Source: Callorhinchus milii (taxonomy: Eukaryota). Taken from it: a stretch of 64,000 bases of DNA. Position numbers and translations under genes: made by a program. Location of the stretch: assembly GCF_018977255.1 (NCBI RefSeq), contig NW_024704748.1, positions 14,508,001-14,572,000 of the forward strand, read 5' to 3'. Shown here one piece after another: positions 10,690-22,732 of the stretch (the first letter of the stretch is position 1; each line of letters begins with the position of its first letter). Under the pieces are notes generated by a model, which made no database searches, had not been told where the DNA came from, and saw only the letters and a program-made list of their open reading frames with translations.

Positions 10690-10900
10690 AGGAAGAAGCC
10701 CTTACAGCTATTTGATCCTGGCCTTCTAGAATATTTACATAACTTCTTCCCATTACAGCATCTTATGAGTCCAATACCTTGGCTTCTACCATCCTTTCTG
10801 GTAACTTGTTCCAAATGTTGATAGTCCTTTGTGTGAAGAAATACTTCCTGATGTCTGTCCTAATCTTGCCCTTCAGAATCCTGAGATGTGCTCCCCTATA
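10690..10900 (-). mobile_element. Old CR1 3' fragment
   Basis: Minus strand encodes ILKGKIRTDIRKYFFTQRTINIWNKLP, homologous to the C-terminus of the CR1 ORF2 at 41.4 kb. Confidence 0.8.
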
Positions 10901-10908
10901 CTATCTTG

Positions 10909-11142
10909 ACAACAACAAAACAACAACAACAAAATTACATTTATAAAGCGCCTTTCACGTCGGTAGGACGTCCCAAGGTACTGAACAGTCAGGGATCAGG
11001 ACCCGAGTGTAGGGGGCAGGGTTGGGATGAGAGAGGGCAGAGGGGGTAGGAGGGCCTCAGTGAAAAAGGACGGTCTTGAGTCACACCCCAAAGGAGGTAA
11101 GAGAGAAAGCAAGGTGAAGAGATTGTGGAATGGAGTCTGCAG
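10909..11142 (-). mobile_element. L2 3' fragment
   Basis: (AAC)n AAAATTACATTTATAAAGCGCCTTTCACGTCGGTAGGACGTCCCAAGG; colinear in reverse with 5450-5666. Confidence 0.85.
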
Positions 11143-11197
11143 CAGTCAGCAAAGTGGCTTTAGGAGAAATCTAAACTTTATAGCATGATTTACATCT

Positions 11198-11300
11198 TTG
11201 CCCACAAAATATACAGTCAATTCACTTTGCATTATGTTCTGTGAAGAGCTTTGAGACATCTCGAAGAAGTGATAAGGTGATTTATCAGATATCAAATGAA
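11198..11300 (+). mobile_element. SINE 3' fragment
   Basis: GCCCACAAAATATACAGTCAATTCACTTT...TTTGAGACATCTCGAAG. Confidence 0.75.
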
Positions 11301-11817
11301 ACGAAGGGAACAATAGAAATAGTGTGGATAGCAAAACAGGTTGGGTTGTCGTATATTTGAAAGAAAAAGTCTATTTTCACAAGTGCTGTCCTGTTTATCT
11401 GTCAGTAAATGCACTGTTATTCTATCTTTAAGATTTAAGTTTATTTACTTTTTTAAATCTTCCTTTCTATAAGAGGCCAGTCTGTCCTTGACAGGGAGAG
11501 CAGGCAAACCTCCAGATCCCCCGATTGCATGCGACCAAAACCAGAGTAGAGCCCTCCGCTGTGATTCTCTACCCACATGAACACTGGCATTTTAAAATTA
11601 GCAAAGCAAAACAAAAGTGTTTCCTTCTATTTTCTAATGCTTAACTGGGAATATTTAAGACCACATCCTGCCATTATTATTTCATCACATTGCTGACAAA
11701 TGATTCATAAAAGGCAAAAATAATGTCCATTTACTGCAATGAAGTGGCTTTTGTTGCAGTCTCGACTTGTTTTGGACTATTGTAGGGAGGTCACAATGCA
11801 TTTGGTCTTGAAGAGGA

Positions 11818-11918
11818 AATAATAATACTTGCATTTGATACAGCGCCTTATCACATCTTCGAGATATCTCAAAAATGTTTCACAGAATATACCCTATATT
11901 GTATATTTTGTGGATGAA
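11818..11918 (-). mobile_element. SINE 3' fragment
   Basis: AATAATACTTGCATTTGATACAGCGCCTTATCACATCTTCGAGATATCTCAAA. Confidence 0.75.
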
Positions 11919-12222
11919 GTGGGTTCAACCTGATCTTTTCCTTGTGTAGGGAAATCCTACCTTTAGGACATACCTGTAAAGTATAGTGACTGTCTATCTG
12001 TAGGTGAATTAGATGCATACACACAATTGTGCTGCTTCGGAGATTTGTTGGGTTACTTTGATAGGTGAACCTCCGGTACTCTGTCCATTACAGACCTGGA
12101 AGTGATCCCTATTAATACCCATATTGGAAGGGAACCACAGTTGTTTGACATCTGCATTTAAGCAGGGAACGAAACCTCCGAGGGAGAGACATTGCAGGTT
12201 GTTCTCTTGCATTTCCAGCAGC

Positions 12223-12269
12223 TGCTGTTCAGACCATTCTCGCCAAAGGCCTGAATGGTCTGAACAGCA
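12223..12269. repeat. Perfect 17-bp inverted repeat (hairpin)
   Basis: TGCTGTTCAGACCATTC-TCGCCAAAGGCCT-GAATGGTCTGAACAGCA; the spacer itself can pair GCC/GGC around AAA. Confidence 0.9.
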
Positions 12270-12933
12270 CATCCCCGAGCCAAGCGCTGGGCTAGAAATG
12301 GACTAATGTCTGGGCAGGGCAACCCAAAATGGGGCGAGAAATAGCAAAAAAATTGCATCAAACAAATAGGTTTCTGTTTAAAACCAAACCACAATGCTTA
12401 ATGTTCTTTATAATTAAAACCTGCTGTGCAAACAAAATGACAGCCACCAAAATGTCAGAGTTATCCTTCTGAGAATACAGACACAAAGGAGAATGCATGT
12501 TTGATTATAGCTCATCCGTGAACCATACAGCCACTGCTACTTGAAGTAATTAAGGGGAGGAGTTTGTATGGGTAAGTTCATTGCTGAGTAAATTGTGCGT
12601 TAAAGCAGGTGCTGGGGAAGTACAGCTGGATTCTCAGCCAGTCTTTCAGATTCTACATGCACTCTGTGACCAGCAGCTTCTACACTCTTCCTGTTTCCTG
12701 TGGGAACTTCTCTGACTGTTCACACTAGCAAAGTCACTGCACACTTCCCTCAGGAGATGACTGAGATTTTATGTTTTAAAATCCTGCCCTTGACAGTCTT
12801 ACACTTGTGACATTAAATTAGGTTGAACCTTGGGGGGAGGGGGATCTTAAATCAACTCTCCATTTCCAGTTCGTCAAACAGGCCTTATGTATATCCAGCA
12901 TTGACAGAAACGTGTTCTTGACAGAATTCTTAC

Positions 12934-13025
12934 TTAGAATGTTAAAGCACAGAAATAGGCCATTTAGCCAAACAAATCTGTGCCAGTGTTTGAAGTGCAT
13001 TTGAGCCTCCATCCCTCCTTCATAC
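12934..13025 (-). mobile_element. CR1-type 3' tail fragment
   Basis: TAGAATG..AGCACAGAAATAGGCCATTTAGCC, similar to 3209-3262 and 52224-52276. Confidence 0.55.
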
Positions 13026-13281
13026 TCTTTTATTCCCTTCTCCATCATGTATACAATCTGCATATGAAACAAAATGTGGTCCAAGTATGCAATGTTTCTG
13101 AACAGTTTCTTAGTAAGAAATGTGTAATTATCAAATTTCTAAAACATCAAATGTAATTTTGGAGAATACTAATTTCCAGCTTAGTACAAGCCATTTGGGG
13201 CATTGGTTTTAAGACCAACCTGTTGCAAAAGAATCCAGGTGAAGTTCCTGATCGTTTGACTTTTAATCACATAAGGGAATG

Positions 13282-13472
13282 GTTACATTAAAAACAATTT
13301 TGTTAATAATCTGTGACTAGTTACATTGTATCGTAAATTAATCAATAATATGGGAAATGTTACATTGTATAATAACTGGTTATATTGTATTATAACTGTC
13401 AAGATTCTGCGACCCATTATTTTGTACAGTAACTGTCAGTAATCTGATAACAGTTGCATTGTGCAGTAACTC
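13282..13472. repeat. Degenerate minisatellite-like array
   Basis: GTTACATTGTA / GTTATATTGTA / GTTGCATTGTG units, several followed by TAACTG. Confidence 0.55.
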
Positions 13473-14102
13473 TGATGCTTAAAAAAAAATCCTAAATGGC
13501 CACTTTTTGGTGAATAAATTTTATCTTTCTGTTCTGTGTTTACTTCCCAGTTTAAATTTATGGTCTGCAATGTATCAGATTGTATTTGTTCTGTAACAAA
13601 GTTACACAAATTTTATAATTTGCTTCCACACCGTAAAGCGATGGAATAATCTGGTATTGAATCAGCACTGTGCCAGTTCTTATAGAGATGGAGAGAATGA
13701 GGCTGATTAATATTTGGTGGAGTTGACATCAGACTCTTGAGCATTTCCTATTAGTGCATTAATATGATTCAGGTTTTCATGGGTCCTCAGAGACAATTCA
13801 AGCCGGAGATAGGTAGTTATCAATGGGAATACTTCACTGACTGCAAAGTCTCGAGTAACCTGGAATTCAGAGTGAGCACTGATGGTTAAAATCTGGCTGC
13901 TAATTAATATAAATACAGTGTTAATGGCCTGGAAAGTGGGATAATGGAAAATTGCAGTAGATTAGAATATGTTCAACTGTGCCTGGGGACTGGACCTCAT
14001 CCTTTGCTACATTAATTCAAAGAATAGTTTAATATAAAACTACATTTTCCCTCTTCCCCACCCCCCAACCACGTATCTTAATATATTTAACAATATCTCT
14101 GT

Positions 14103-14215
14103 TAACTCAGTTGGTTGAGGACTGAAATTTGACCAGAGGGTTCTCAGTTCAGATGGTGGTTGGCACAGTCAGCCTTTTATTCTTTCAGATTAATAAAATG
14201 AAGGTATAGACTGGC
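14103..14215 (+). mobile_element. Possible ancient tRNA-headed SINE with a Meta-domain-like motif
   Basis: TAACTCAGTTGGTTGAG (box A-like), CAGTTCAGAT (box B-like), then TCAGCCTTTTATTCTTTCAGATTAATAAAATGA, resembling the recalled MetaSINE motif TCAGCCTTTCATCCTTCCGAGGTCGATAAAATGAG. Confidence 0.35.
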
Positions 14216-17200
14216 TATGAGGAAATATGGCATGATGACATGTCTGTCATCATCCAAATCACCTTTGGAGCTTGGATCAACCAGTCTAGGAGGTATAAAC
14301 ATGGCCTTAACCTTGCAATTCAATGACATAATCATTGGGGCAATCCTCATCCTAGGTTACCATATAAATCTTCTGTGGAAAAATAAATTATTCTTATTTG
14401 CTTGATAATTCCAAGGCTAGTAAACTTCTGACCGTGAAGTAATCCACTGAATATTGTGAACCCAATTTAGTGTTGCTGCAGTTCTTCCTTGCATGGTAGT
14501 GAAGCATATTGCTATTGACCCATCCCTGCTACTGACCCATCATTAAGTGTGAAAAACTAGGATGTAAAGAAGCCTAATGACACAAGAACTACAAGGGATT
14601 CTTCCATTACTACTAAATGGTTACTTCATAAAAATGATCCATATGGCTACATGAGCAGTATTTATAATACTCTTGGAAGCTGTTAGGGAATATAATTTCT
14701 AGTGTACTTTGAATGTTGAGTTAGCGACATTTGCCAAGGGTGAATCATGCTGGCCTGACCCTTCTGACAATATTAGGAAACAAATCCTCAAATGACACGC
14801 AATGCACCAAGTGACTCTGAATTTGGCTTGACTGGCTGGAGCAAAATTTTACATTGAGGACTGCTGAAAATAACTATATTCAAACCCACATTGCACTGCC
14901 GTATTTTTTTCAAAGAAAGATGAGCTGCAGTTAGCAGGTGTCAAAATGTTAGTCCACTGTGTCTGTTATCTGACACAGTGATTAAAGTATTATTCTTCAA
15001 AATGGATTTTTATATTTTATAAACTTGTTCTGATCCAATTTGGTTTGTAATATATCAAGAGTGAACATTAAAAACAGTTTATGCGGGATTTCCTCTCGCT
15101 CATCAAACTTTTGTTTTCCTAAAGTGTTTTTATGTCCACTAATTGTTAATGTCCCTCGTGATGGGCACATATTCTGTTTAAGTGCATCAAAATGCACAGC
15201 TGCACGGAATTCTCAGCAATAATGCATAATGTTTGTTGCTTCAAAATGCCTGTCAAGGTTACAAAAGACTGTTGAAAGCAACTGGCAACATTACGGATAA
15301 CGAGCAAGTGTATTTATTTGCAAAAGCATTTTGTCAATTTTAAATGGTGTACAGTGACTTGTATGATAGATGACTGGAATACTAGCTTAATGAAAACTAC
15401 ATTGAGAGAAGCCTATTCCCCAAAGCCCATTGACAGATGATGCAATTATTGTGATCATGGACCTGATGTTATTAAAGAGAAGCTGTCATGTAGAATACTA
15501 AATACACTACTGTGTCAGTTTGCTGATGGCTTGTGAGGTCGATGGGGCTATGTGTCAATGGTAGCTAAAGAATGAAAAAATATTCATTATGAGTATAGCT
15601 ACTGGTGAGTAAAAGGACAGTCCCACATACTATTTCTCCAGCTTGAATACTTTCAAGCACAGTGATGGGTTTCCACATGCGACACCAAATTTTAAAAAAG
15701 CACAGCCTGAAAGCAAATCCAGTACAGTAAATTTATGGGTGGACCTTAATCAAATCCACTTTGAAGGTGCCTTGATAATTCACAGCCGGCTATCCAGATG
15801 CACTGGTGCCCAAATGCATGGTCAAAAAAAAAGTTTTAAGGTGAACTTTAATGATGAGGAGGAAGGGATGGGTAAGGCAAAGGATCTACTTTGTGGAGTC
15901 ATCCGAAAAAATAAACTGATTCCTTTAAAAATATCACTGCAAAAAGACTAGCATTAGAGTGAGTGTCACTGTTGTTTGCAGTGCTGGCCATTCTGTATTT
16001 CCATGTAAGCCTGACTACGATTTAAGTGTCGCTTCATTGCTTTCAGAAACTTTGCATTTCCCAGCTGCCTGACTTGACTTTGTGCCCGTTGGTCAAAGTG
16101 GCTCTCTTTGGTGGTTCAAAATGTACATCACTGGAGGTGCCTTCTGACTGTCTGCTCAGATGCAGTAAAAGTTAACTCTGTTCGGTCTGCAGACACAGAG
16201 TGATCTCTGACATTGTGTCATTGATGTCAGTGGGACTCCTCAAATTATGGGTTAATGAGCTATAAGATCATTTATACTGCTCAGTAGTGGAAGAGACCTT
16301 CATAGAGGTTGTTTTCTACCGTGAATATAATCAGGACATATTTAGCAAATAATGTTTGTGGGTTTTATGTTTCGGTAAGCCTGGACATGGAAATTGCCTT
16401 GTTCCTGAATGGGTTACCCCTGTTTCTTAATTTTGGAGAGTATTTGGGGCAAGTTGACATGTGCCCAGGCTCAGAGGTCTCAACGAGTGTGGTTGGGTTA
16501 CTGCTAGCCTTTATTCAGCCAAACCCAAACAACTCACCAGTGCTTATCCAGCTGGGACCACCATATATAATAGGGCTTTGGCACGGTTAACAAGGACCAT
16601 GTAGGAAGAATCCCTGTTCCTAGTGACCATGATCTGCCCCTTCCAAGTCGTGATTATGAGTCAGATTGGCTGGTCTTTCTTCAATAGTACCTTAGATTAT
16701 TGCAGAGCAGCTTGGTTCAGGAGCCAGATTTACCAAGACCACTATAGAGGAATGAGTCGATTCCATAATCCCTTTGCTAAGCGTCACCTTGCAGCAACCT
16801 CAGCTCCAAGGGGACCCTGCTTATTCCCCCCCCCCACCCCCAAGGATAGTCACTTGTATCTTATTTAAAGCTCTGCAAGCTTGACCTTGTTGAAATATTT
16901 TCACTTGGGAGCAAAAAATCAGCATTCTTTTCAATAGAGAGGCTATAGCAGAAAAGCAGTTGTTGACGGATACAAAAAGTGGCAAGCTCAAGGCACAGGG
17001 GATTGCATTGTGTGTTTTACATCTGCATGACAATATAGTGGTATTTCAAGTGCACCTGCAGGTTGGTTTGAGTTAAGCAATGTGGACATTCCTGTGGCAT
17101 TTGGTGCTAATTCAGTTTTTTTGCTTGTGAAGCCACACTAAGTAAAAACGAAGTTGAGATTTCTCGAATGAATTTCTCTAAACCCTTAAGCCGGGGAAGA

Positions 17201-18032
17201 CAGGAGATTTCCATCTCTTTAGTCTATGCTGGAATCACAGGTGGAAGTCCAATGTAATCTCTCCTATATTGTGAAAAAGTAAGTCATGTGTAAATAAATT
17301 AAAAATAAAATTTTGTTTAAAGGTGTTATTTGTAATTGGCTTTTGGGAGAACACAGCATGAGCACCATATACAATGGGAAAGTCACGCTAGGATATTGCA
17401 ATCTATATTGAGAAAATAATTCAAAACATCAACCGAGCCTTAAATTATTTCTGCAAGCGAAAGTACCCATGACTGAATCAGTGAAAGGCTGTCTGCACTT
17501 TCAGCAGAGGATCTAGATAATAATGGAGCAAAGCCTGTAAATGGGATTCATTTTAACATTGAGAACTATTGACACTTCACACAAATCGATGCATTTTTTC
17601 CCAAATCAATGATACCCACACACTGGTTGTCATTGAGCAGAGGAAACAGAGGCTAAGGCCTCTAATCGAGCCTAATTTTCATTCCATGTTTCACTCCAGC
17701 AAACAGCAAAGATGGTTTGCATGAAGCGATTTGGAATATGCTGGATTTTCTTGTTTTGTTTAAGCGAAACATAATGAACCAACAATTATCACAACATATA
17801 ATTATGGTGCAGACTGGGTACAGCAAGCCCCAGACTGGTCCCGACTTGTACGCTTTGTAATAACTAGATCTTGTAAAAGAAATTGAAGATTGCGATACTA
17901 TAATTGTTACTTTCAGGACATTCAGTGGAGCATCCAGTCTAAACCTGGAATGAAACTGCTTCTCTTTGATTATTCCATAAATTAAATTGTTACGTTTCCT
18001 CCCTATAAAACCTATGTGCATTTTCTGTATAT

Positions 18033-18286
18033 GGGCGAAACCTTGGGCAAGTTTCCTTACTCCACACGCCTAATAATAATCCCTCCAAAAAAAAACAATA
18101 ATTAAATTGGTCATTTTCAATCTACGACTGTTTGTGGGACATTGCTGTGCGCAATTGGCTGCCGCGTTCGCCCACAAATATACAGTCAATTCACTTTACA
18201 GTGTGTTCTGTGAAGCGCTTTGGGACGTCCTCCTGACGTGAAAAGCGTTATATCAAATGCAAGGATTATTATTATTATTATTATTA
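18033..18286 (+). mobile_element. Young SINE family A, lacking the tRNA head
   Basis: Starts at GGGCGAAACCTTGGGCAAG and then follows the family sequence closely to (TTA)n. Confidence 0.93.
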
Positions 18287-18326
18287 TATCTTTCTCCCCA
18301 GTTTGAGGTGCCTCCATATGCCATGT

Positions 18327-18400
18327 ATGTTCTGTGAAGCGCTTTGAGACGTCTTGAAGACATGATAAGGCACAATATCAAATGTAAGGATTATTATTAT
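18327..18400 (+). mobile_element. SINE 3' tail
   Basis: TGTTCTGTGAAGCGCTTTGAGACGTCTTGAAGACATGATAAGG...GGATTATTATT. Confidence 0.8.
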
Positions 18401-19701
18401 ATACAATTCCACAGATGAGAGAGAGAGAGAGCGAGTCAACCTGCTCCCCAGTCTGATCTGTAACCAGCCATGAAAGATGTGTGAAATTCATTGAGGAATG
18501 ACGCACTCCTCAGTTAGATGCTGAAAGACCAGTAGGGAATAACAAACAAAAAGCCATATCCAGCACAAAAGCAGTTGAATTTTAGCATTTGGTTAATGTG
18601 TATTTTGTTAAAAGGAGTATGCACTGCAAGGGCACATTTTCTTACTGATAAACTTAATCATTTCTCCCGGTGGGCTACAAAGTTTGCCGAAAAAAATGAC
18701 TGGATTAAGAGAGCTGTTTGCTCACTGTCTATTCCAAGTGTTCCCATAAATGATCACTGGACGATGCTGAGAATAATTCTCCAGTACGAAAGGAAGGGAA
18801 GTGTAAAGTCTGCAGTCGCTGTCTTTGCCTGTGGTAAACATGGCAATTAGGAAAGACTTGAATGATTCTGAATGTTTTAGTCTGACAAGCTGAAACTTGA
18901 CCCGGCCACTGGTGCATATCCTGGCTGGTTGTCTGTGCTTGCCTGGCTGCTTTGGTCGTCAGGTAATGACTTTGCAAAAAAAAGCACTTAGCAGTCTAAA
19001 GTGACTGGAAGGAGAGCTGTACTATGGATGCTTGATCAAAGCTATGTGGATAGTGCCTCATTTCTATTCCCTGTATGGTTTTAGATGTGTGGGTTTAACT
19101 TGAGTTGTTGAAATGCCATTCACTGTTTAGATGTTTGAACACTGCCTTTCTAAATGTAGGACTATGCCCAGGGTCCTTCAATGTTTATCCTACAGTAGGC
19201 ATTGCAGCCAAACTTTAGGATGCCAGTGAGGGTCGACTTTCATTATTATTAAGGTTCACTTCAAAGGGAGGACAAAGAAACTGAGGTGAGTGGAAGAGTC
19301 AGTGAAAGCTCCAGGGAAAAGCTCTGTTTTATTTCTTTAATGCCTCAGCCTGTTTTCTCCTGTTGCCATCTCGTGTATGCTGACGTGGTTAATTCCCTGC
19401 TGGAAAAGCTCTGAGTTGACACACTTGTGAAACCGGATACCTGTATAACTACAACAGCACAACGCTGATGTCAAAGCAGTCTCAACTCTCTCCCACCAAG
19501 CACCAACAGCAGAGACACTAGCAATAAACACTGAGGTTAAAGTAAGCATCATGAATTGCTCAATTTTGCTTTTGTCCCTAAAGAGATGCTGACTGGTAAT
19601 CATTCCACTGACTAATTTTCTCTCTCATCTGTCGACTGAACTTCTCGATTAGATTACCAATATTTAGTCACTGTTCCATTGTTCTCAACATGAATGATCA
19701 C

Positions 19702-19959
19702 AGGCTTGAAATTTCTTGCGATCTTAATCTTGGGGTCTTTATTTTAAGATTTAAGATTGTACAGAATTTTGGTAAAATTCCTAAATTCAGTCTTGATTCA
19801 GAAGGTAATTTTCAGAAGAACAGTCTCTGGAAAAAGAAAGCTGCAGAAAAACAGCTTCCAAATTAAGAGTAAATTGAAGATGTTTCCAAGATTCGCACAC
19901 TCTTAAGTTTAAGACACTGAGTAATCGTATACCTTGTAAGACTGAGAAATTTCAGGCCT
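19702..19959. mobile_element. Candidate MITE or foldback element
   Basis: Termini AGGCTTGAAATTTCT and AGAAATTTCAGGCCT match at 14/15 as inverted repeats; degenerate complementarity continues roughly 100 bp inward. Confidence 0.6.
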
Positions 19960-20622
19960 CCGAGCTCTACAGTGAGATTTGGGTGAGTCGCATGTACAGT
20001 ACTTCATATGTGACAATTTTTCTGGATTTAATGTAAAATATTTCAGGGAATTTGTGGATTGTGAAAAAGATTGCACAATGTTGACAGGAGGCAGAGCTGC
20101 ATTTTTTTAGTAGCATATCTCTCTTATACTACCCACAAAAATCATGAACCCCTGCCTGCTAATTTTTTCTTGCTGCAGGTCACACAAGAGGGCAAAAAAC
20201 TATGCATGTATCTTAATGTGCCTCAATTCATGATTGTAAAGAATTTCCTTCATCTCTCCAGCATCCCAAACATTGTTCTACCACTGAAAGTGTCACCAGA
20301 TGACTTTGAACATAATTTCCCATTGAATAAGCCTGAAGCTCCTCCACCTCCTTTTCTTTGTCTCCTAAAATTGATGTAAATTGCAAAATACATCCCCATT
20401 GGGATGGCAGTCTAGAATCTGTGACCAAAATTTCGAAGTGGTTCTCAGCTGTCTCTTCAAGCCAGGAGAGTGGTGGATTTTAGCATTTAGCAGGTCTACA
20501 TCTTCTTGCTTGACTGTAGCAGTGTGAAAATGAGAAGGGTTAGAGATGCAGGGTTAGGCCTGAGGTTCCTCACACAGCTGTTTGGATCTGTGTAACAGTT
20601 GTTAGTTGTAAATACAGTACAT

Positions 20623-20679
20623 GTAAGTGCTCTGGGATTCCACGTGAAGGGCATCATATCAATGCAAGTTGTTGTTGTT
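20623..20679 (+). mobile_element. L2 3' tail
   Basis: GTAAGTGCTCTGGGATTCCACGTGAAGGGCATCATATCAATGCAAGTTGTTGTTG. Confidence 0.6.
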
Positions 20680-21338
20680 ACATTTAAACAACATTTACAA
20701 CTATAGGAACTGCCAGGTAACAGAACAAGATTGTAAAATGGATTTATTTGTGAGCCTTTTACTGGGAATTGTGTTTAATAAGATGCCAGTGATGCTAGTT
20801 TTTAGGTTAGTGTAAAGATGCCTAAATTGAAGAAATGGGAACCCGTCCATTAGTAAAGGCGCCATGTGTTTACGTTAAACCCTGAAGGAGTCAAAAGAAA
20901 GATTCAAACTTATATAGCTTGAACCAACTTGTCAAGCCTGTTCCTCTCACTATCTGTTATGAAAATGCAAAACACTTTGAGTCACCTGGAATCGAATGAG
21001 TTGAGTTTATCTTTGATCTAGTATTTCAGAGCATGATTGTGCAAGAAGAAAAAGATGGCAAAGCTAGATATGAGACGTTCTCACCTGTTTCAAATGTAAT
21101 GTGCCTCTTATCACCAGTGAAGTGGAACAGTATTTTGCAAGGCCGCTGTTTTCAAAGACAGGTTTTAGTTCATTCGGCACTTTTTATCGCTCAGCGTTTT
21201 TTGCTCTGCCTTTTGCTGAAGATCAACTTTAGTTTGAAGTATGTTTGATTACGGAAGTCCATCTGGTGCAAAAGATCATATTGAGATGATCTGAGTAGCG
21301 TTATTGAGCAGGGGTCCATCTACAAATAACAGTCACAG

Positions 21339-21423
21339 CACTTTACAGTAAAGTTTTGAGATGCTATGAGACAACTTCCCCACTTAAAAGGCACTGTATC
21401 AAATGCAAGGATTATTATAATAA
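21339..21423 (+). mobile_element. SINE 3' tail
   Basis: CACTTTACAG...GGCACTGTATCAAATGCAAGGATTATT. Confidence 0.65.
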
Positions 21424-21899
21424 GCATTGTACCAACAACTTCCTGGTGCATTGAAGAGCCCGGATTATGGTCATTTTGTTGGTATTCAGATACTAGACTG
21501 TATAATTGGTATATGTATAATTCATCTGATTGAGAACAGGAGGTCATCTTCCATCTGGGGACCAGACTGCAAAAACAAAACTTTTTCTCTTTCTGTCTCT
21601 TTCTAAAAACTACGAAAATATCCCAACATTGGAAGGTCTGAAAGTGTGCCAGCTAGCCTAAACAGGGTATAGCTGGAGAGAGAAAGAGAGACAAGAAATA
21701 TGAACTTAGTTTGGGGAAGGGTTGGCATTGTGAATCAAATTTAAAAATAATTTGTGTTTTATTTGATTTTTTGTTGATCTGCCGGAAACATAGTGAGGTT
21801 AACTTGCACTTATTCGCCCAGACACACCTCTTGACATTGTCAGGTGAGCTCTAATGACCTTGGCTTGAAAGCTTCTTTGAAAGGCAAAGGGGAGGTGAT

Positions 21900-22062
21900 C
21901 CAATTCTTCCGATTATGTGCCATTAAACTTTGGAACTCCCTCTCAAACCATCTCTTTCTGTTTATGGCAACATCTCTTTTCCCGCTCTCCCTCTCCCTTG
22001 CTCAGTTCCTGATCACACTCTTGTAAACCATACATGAATGGTGCTATATGAATACAAGTCAT
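21900..22062 (+). mobile_element. Decayed L2 3' fragment
   Basis: CTTTGGAACTCCCTC (LWNSL) and the tail GGTGCTATATGAATACAAG. Confidence 0.5.
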
Positions 22063-22732
22063 TCTTTTACTTCCTGCTTGATCATAAAACTACCAGCAAA
22101 AGTCGACCAGTTTCACAACCTAACTAAAACATATTTGCCAAATTCGGATTGGATTTCCATATCTGTTTTGGGGGAAGCACAAATCTAAGGTTGGGTTAAA
22201 GTGGGTTGTAAAGCTCTGACTCCCATTTTGCCTGCTCTCTGTAGAAAACATGAAAATATTCCTTTCCACAGCAGGAACAATCTACTTCCAGTAAATAATC
22301 CTCCTTTTGAAGGTGAGCTTTTACTGCAGGTAAATTGAAGTATAATGAAAGAAAATAGATGCCCTCTATTTCCTAGTCGGGTGTCGCAGTACAGCTTGTG
22401 AAAAGAATAGCACAACTATCTATCCATCTGCTCTTGTGAAAGCACATTTTTCTTCTATCTGCAGGAGATGCAGTGAAGCATGCACTGTGCAAATCAGCAG
22501 ATGTTGTTTGCTCAGTAAATAGCATTCAGTTTACTGGATGCGAGGCTCTCTGTGTTCCCAGCTGACTTATTCACTACCTGTACTTTGTAAATAAAAACTC
22601 CTGATGATAGTAAAATAAAAGTTGGTGAAACAGACTGCTGGAGTTATCACGGTGTAACAAACACTTGCAGTTGTCTTGCAATTCAGGCAAAGACTTTCGG
22701 AGGAGGGGCTCAGCTTTTAAAAGCTGGAGCTG

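Noticed and set aside
22445-22560. Good acceptor motifs as coding exon starts (also near 33343 and 45796)
   Set aside because: No matching donor or recognisable peptide downstream
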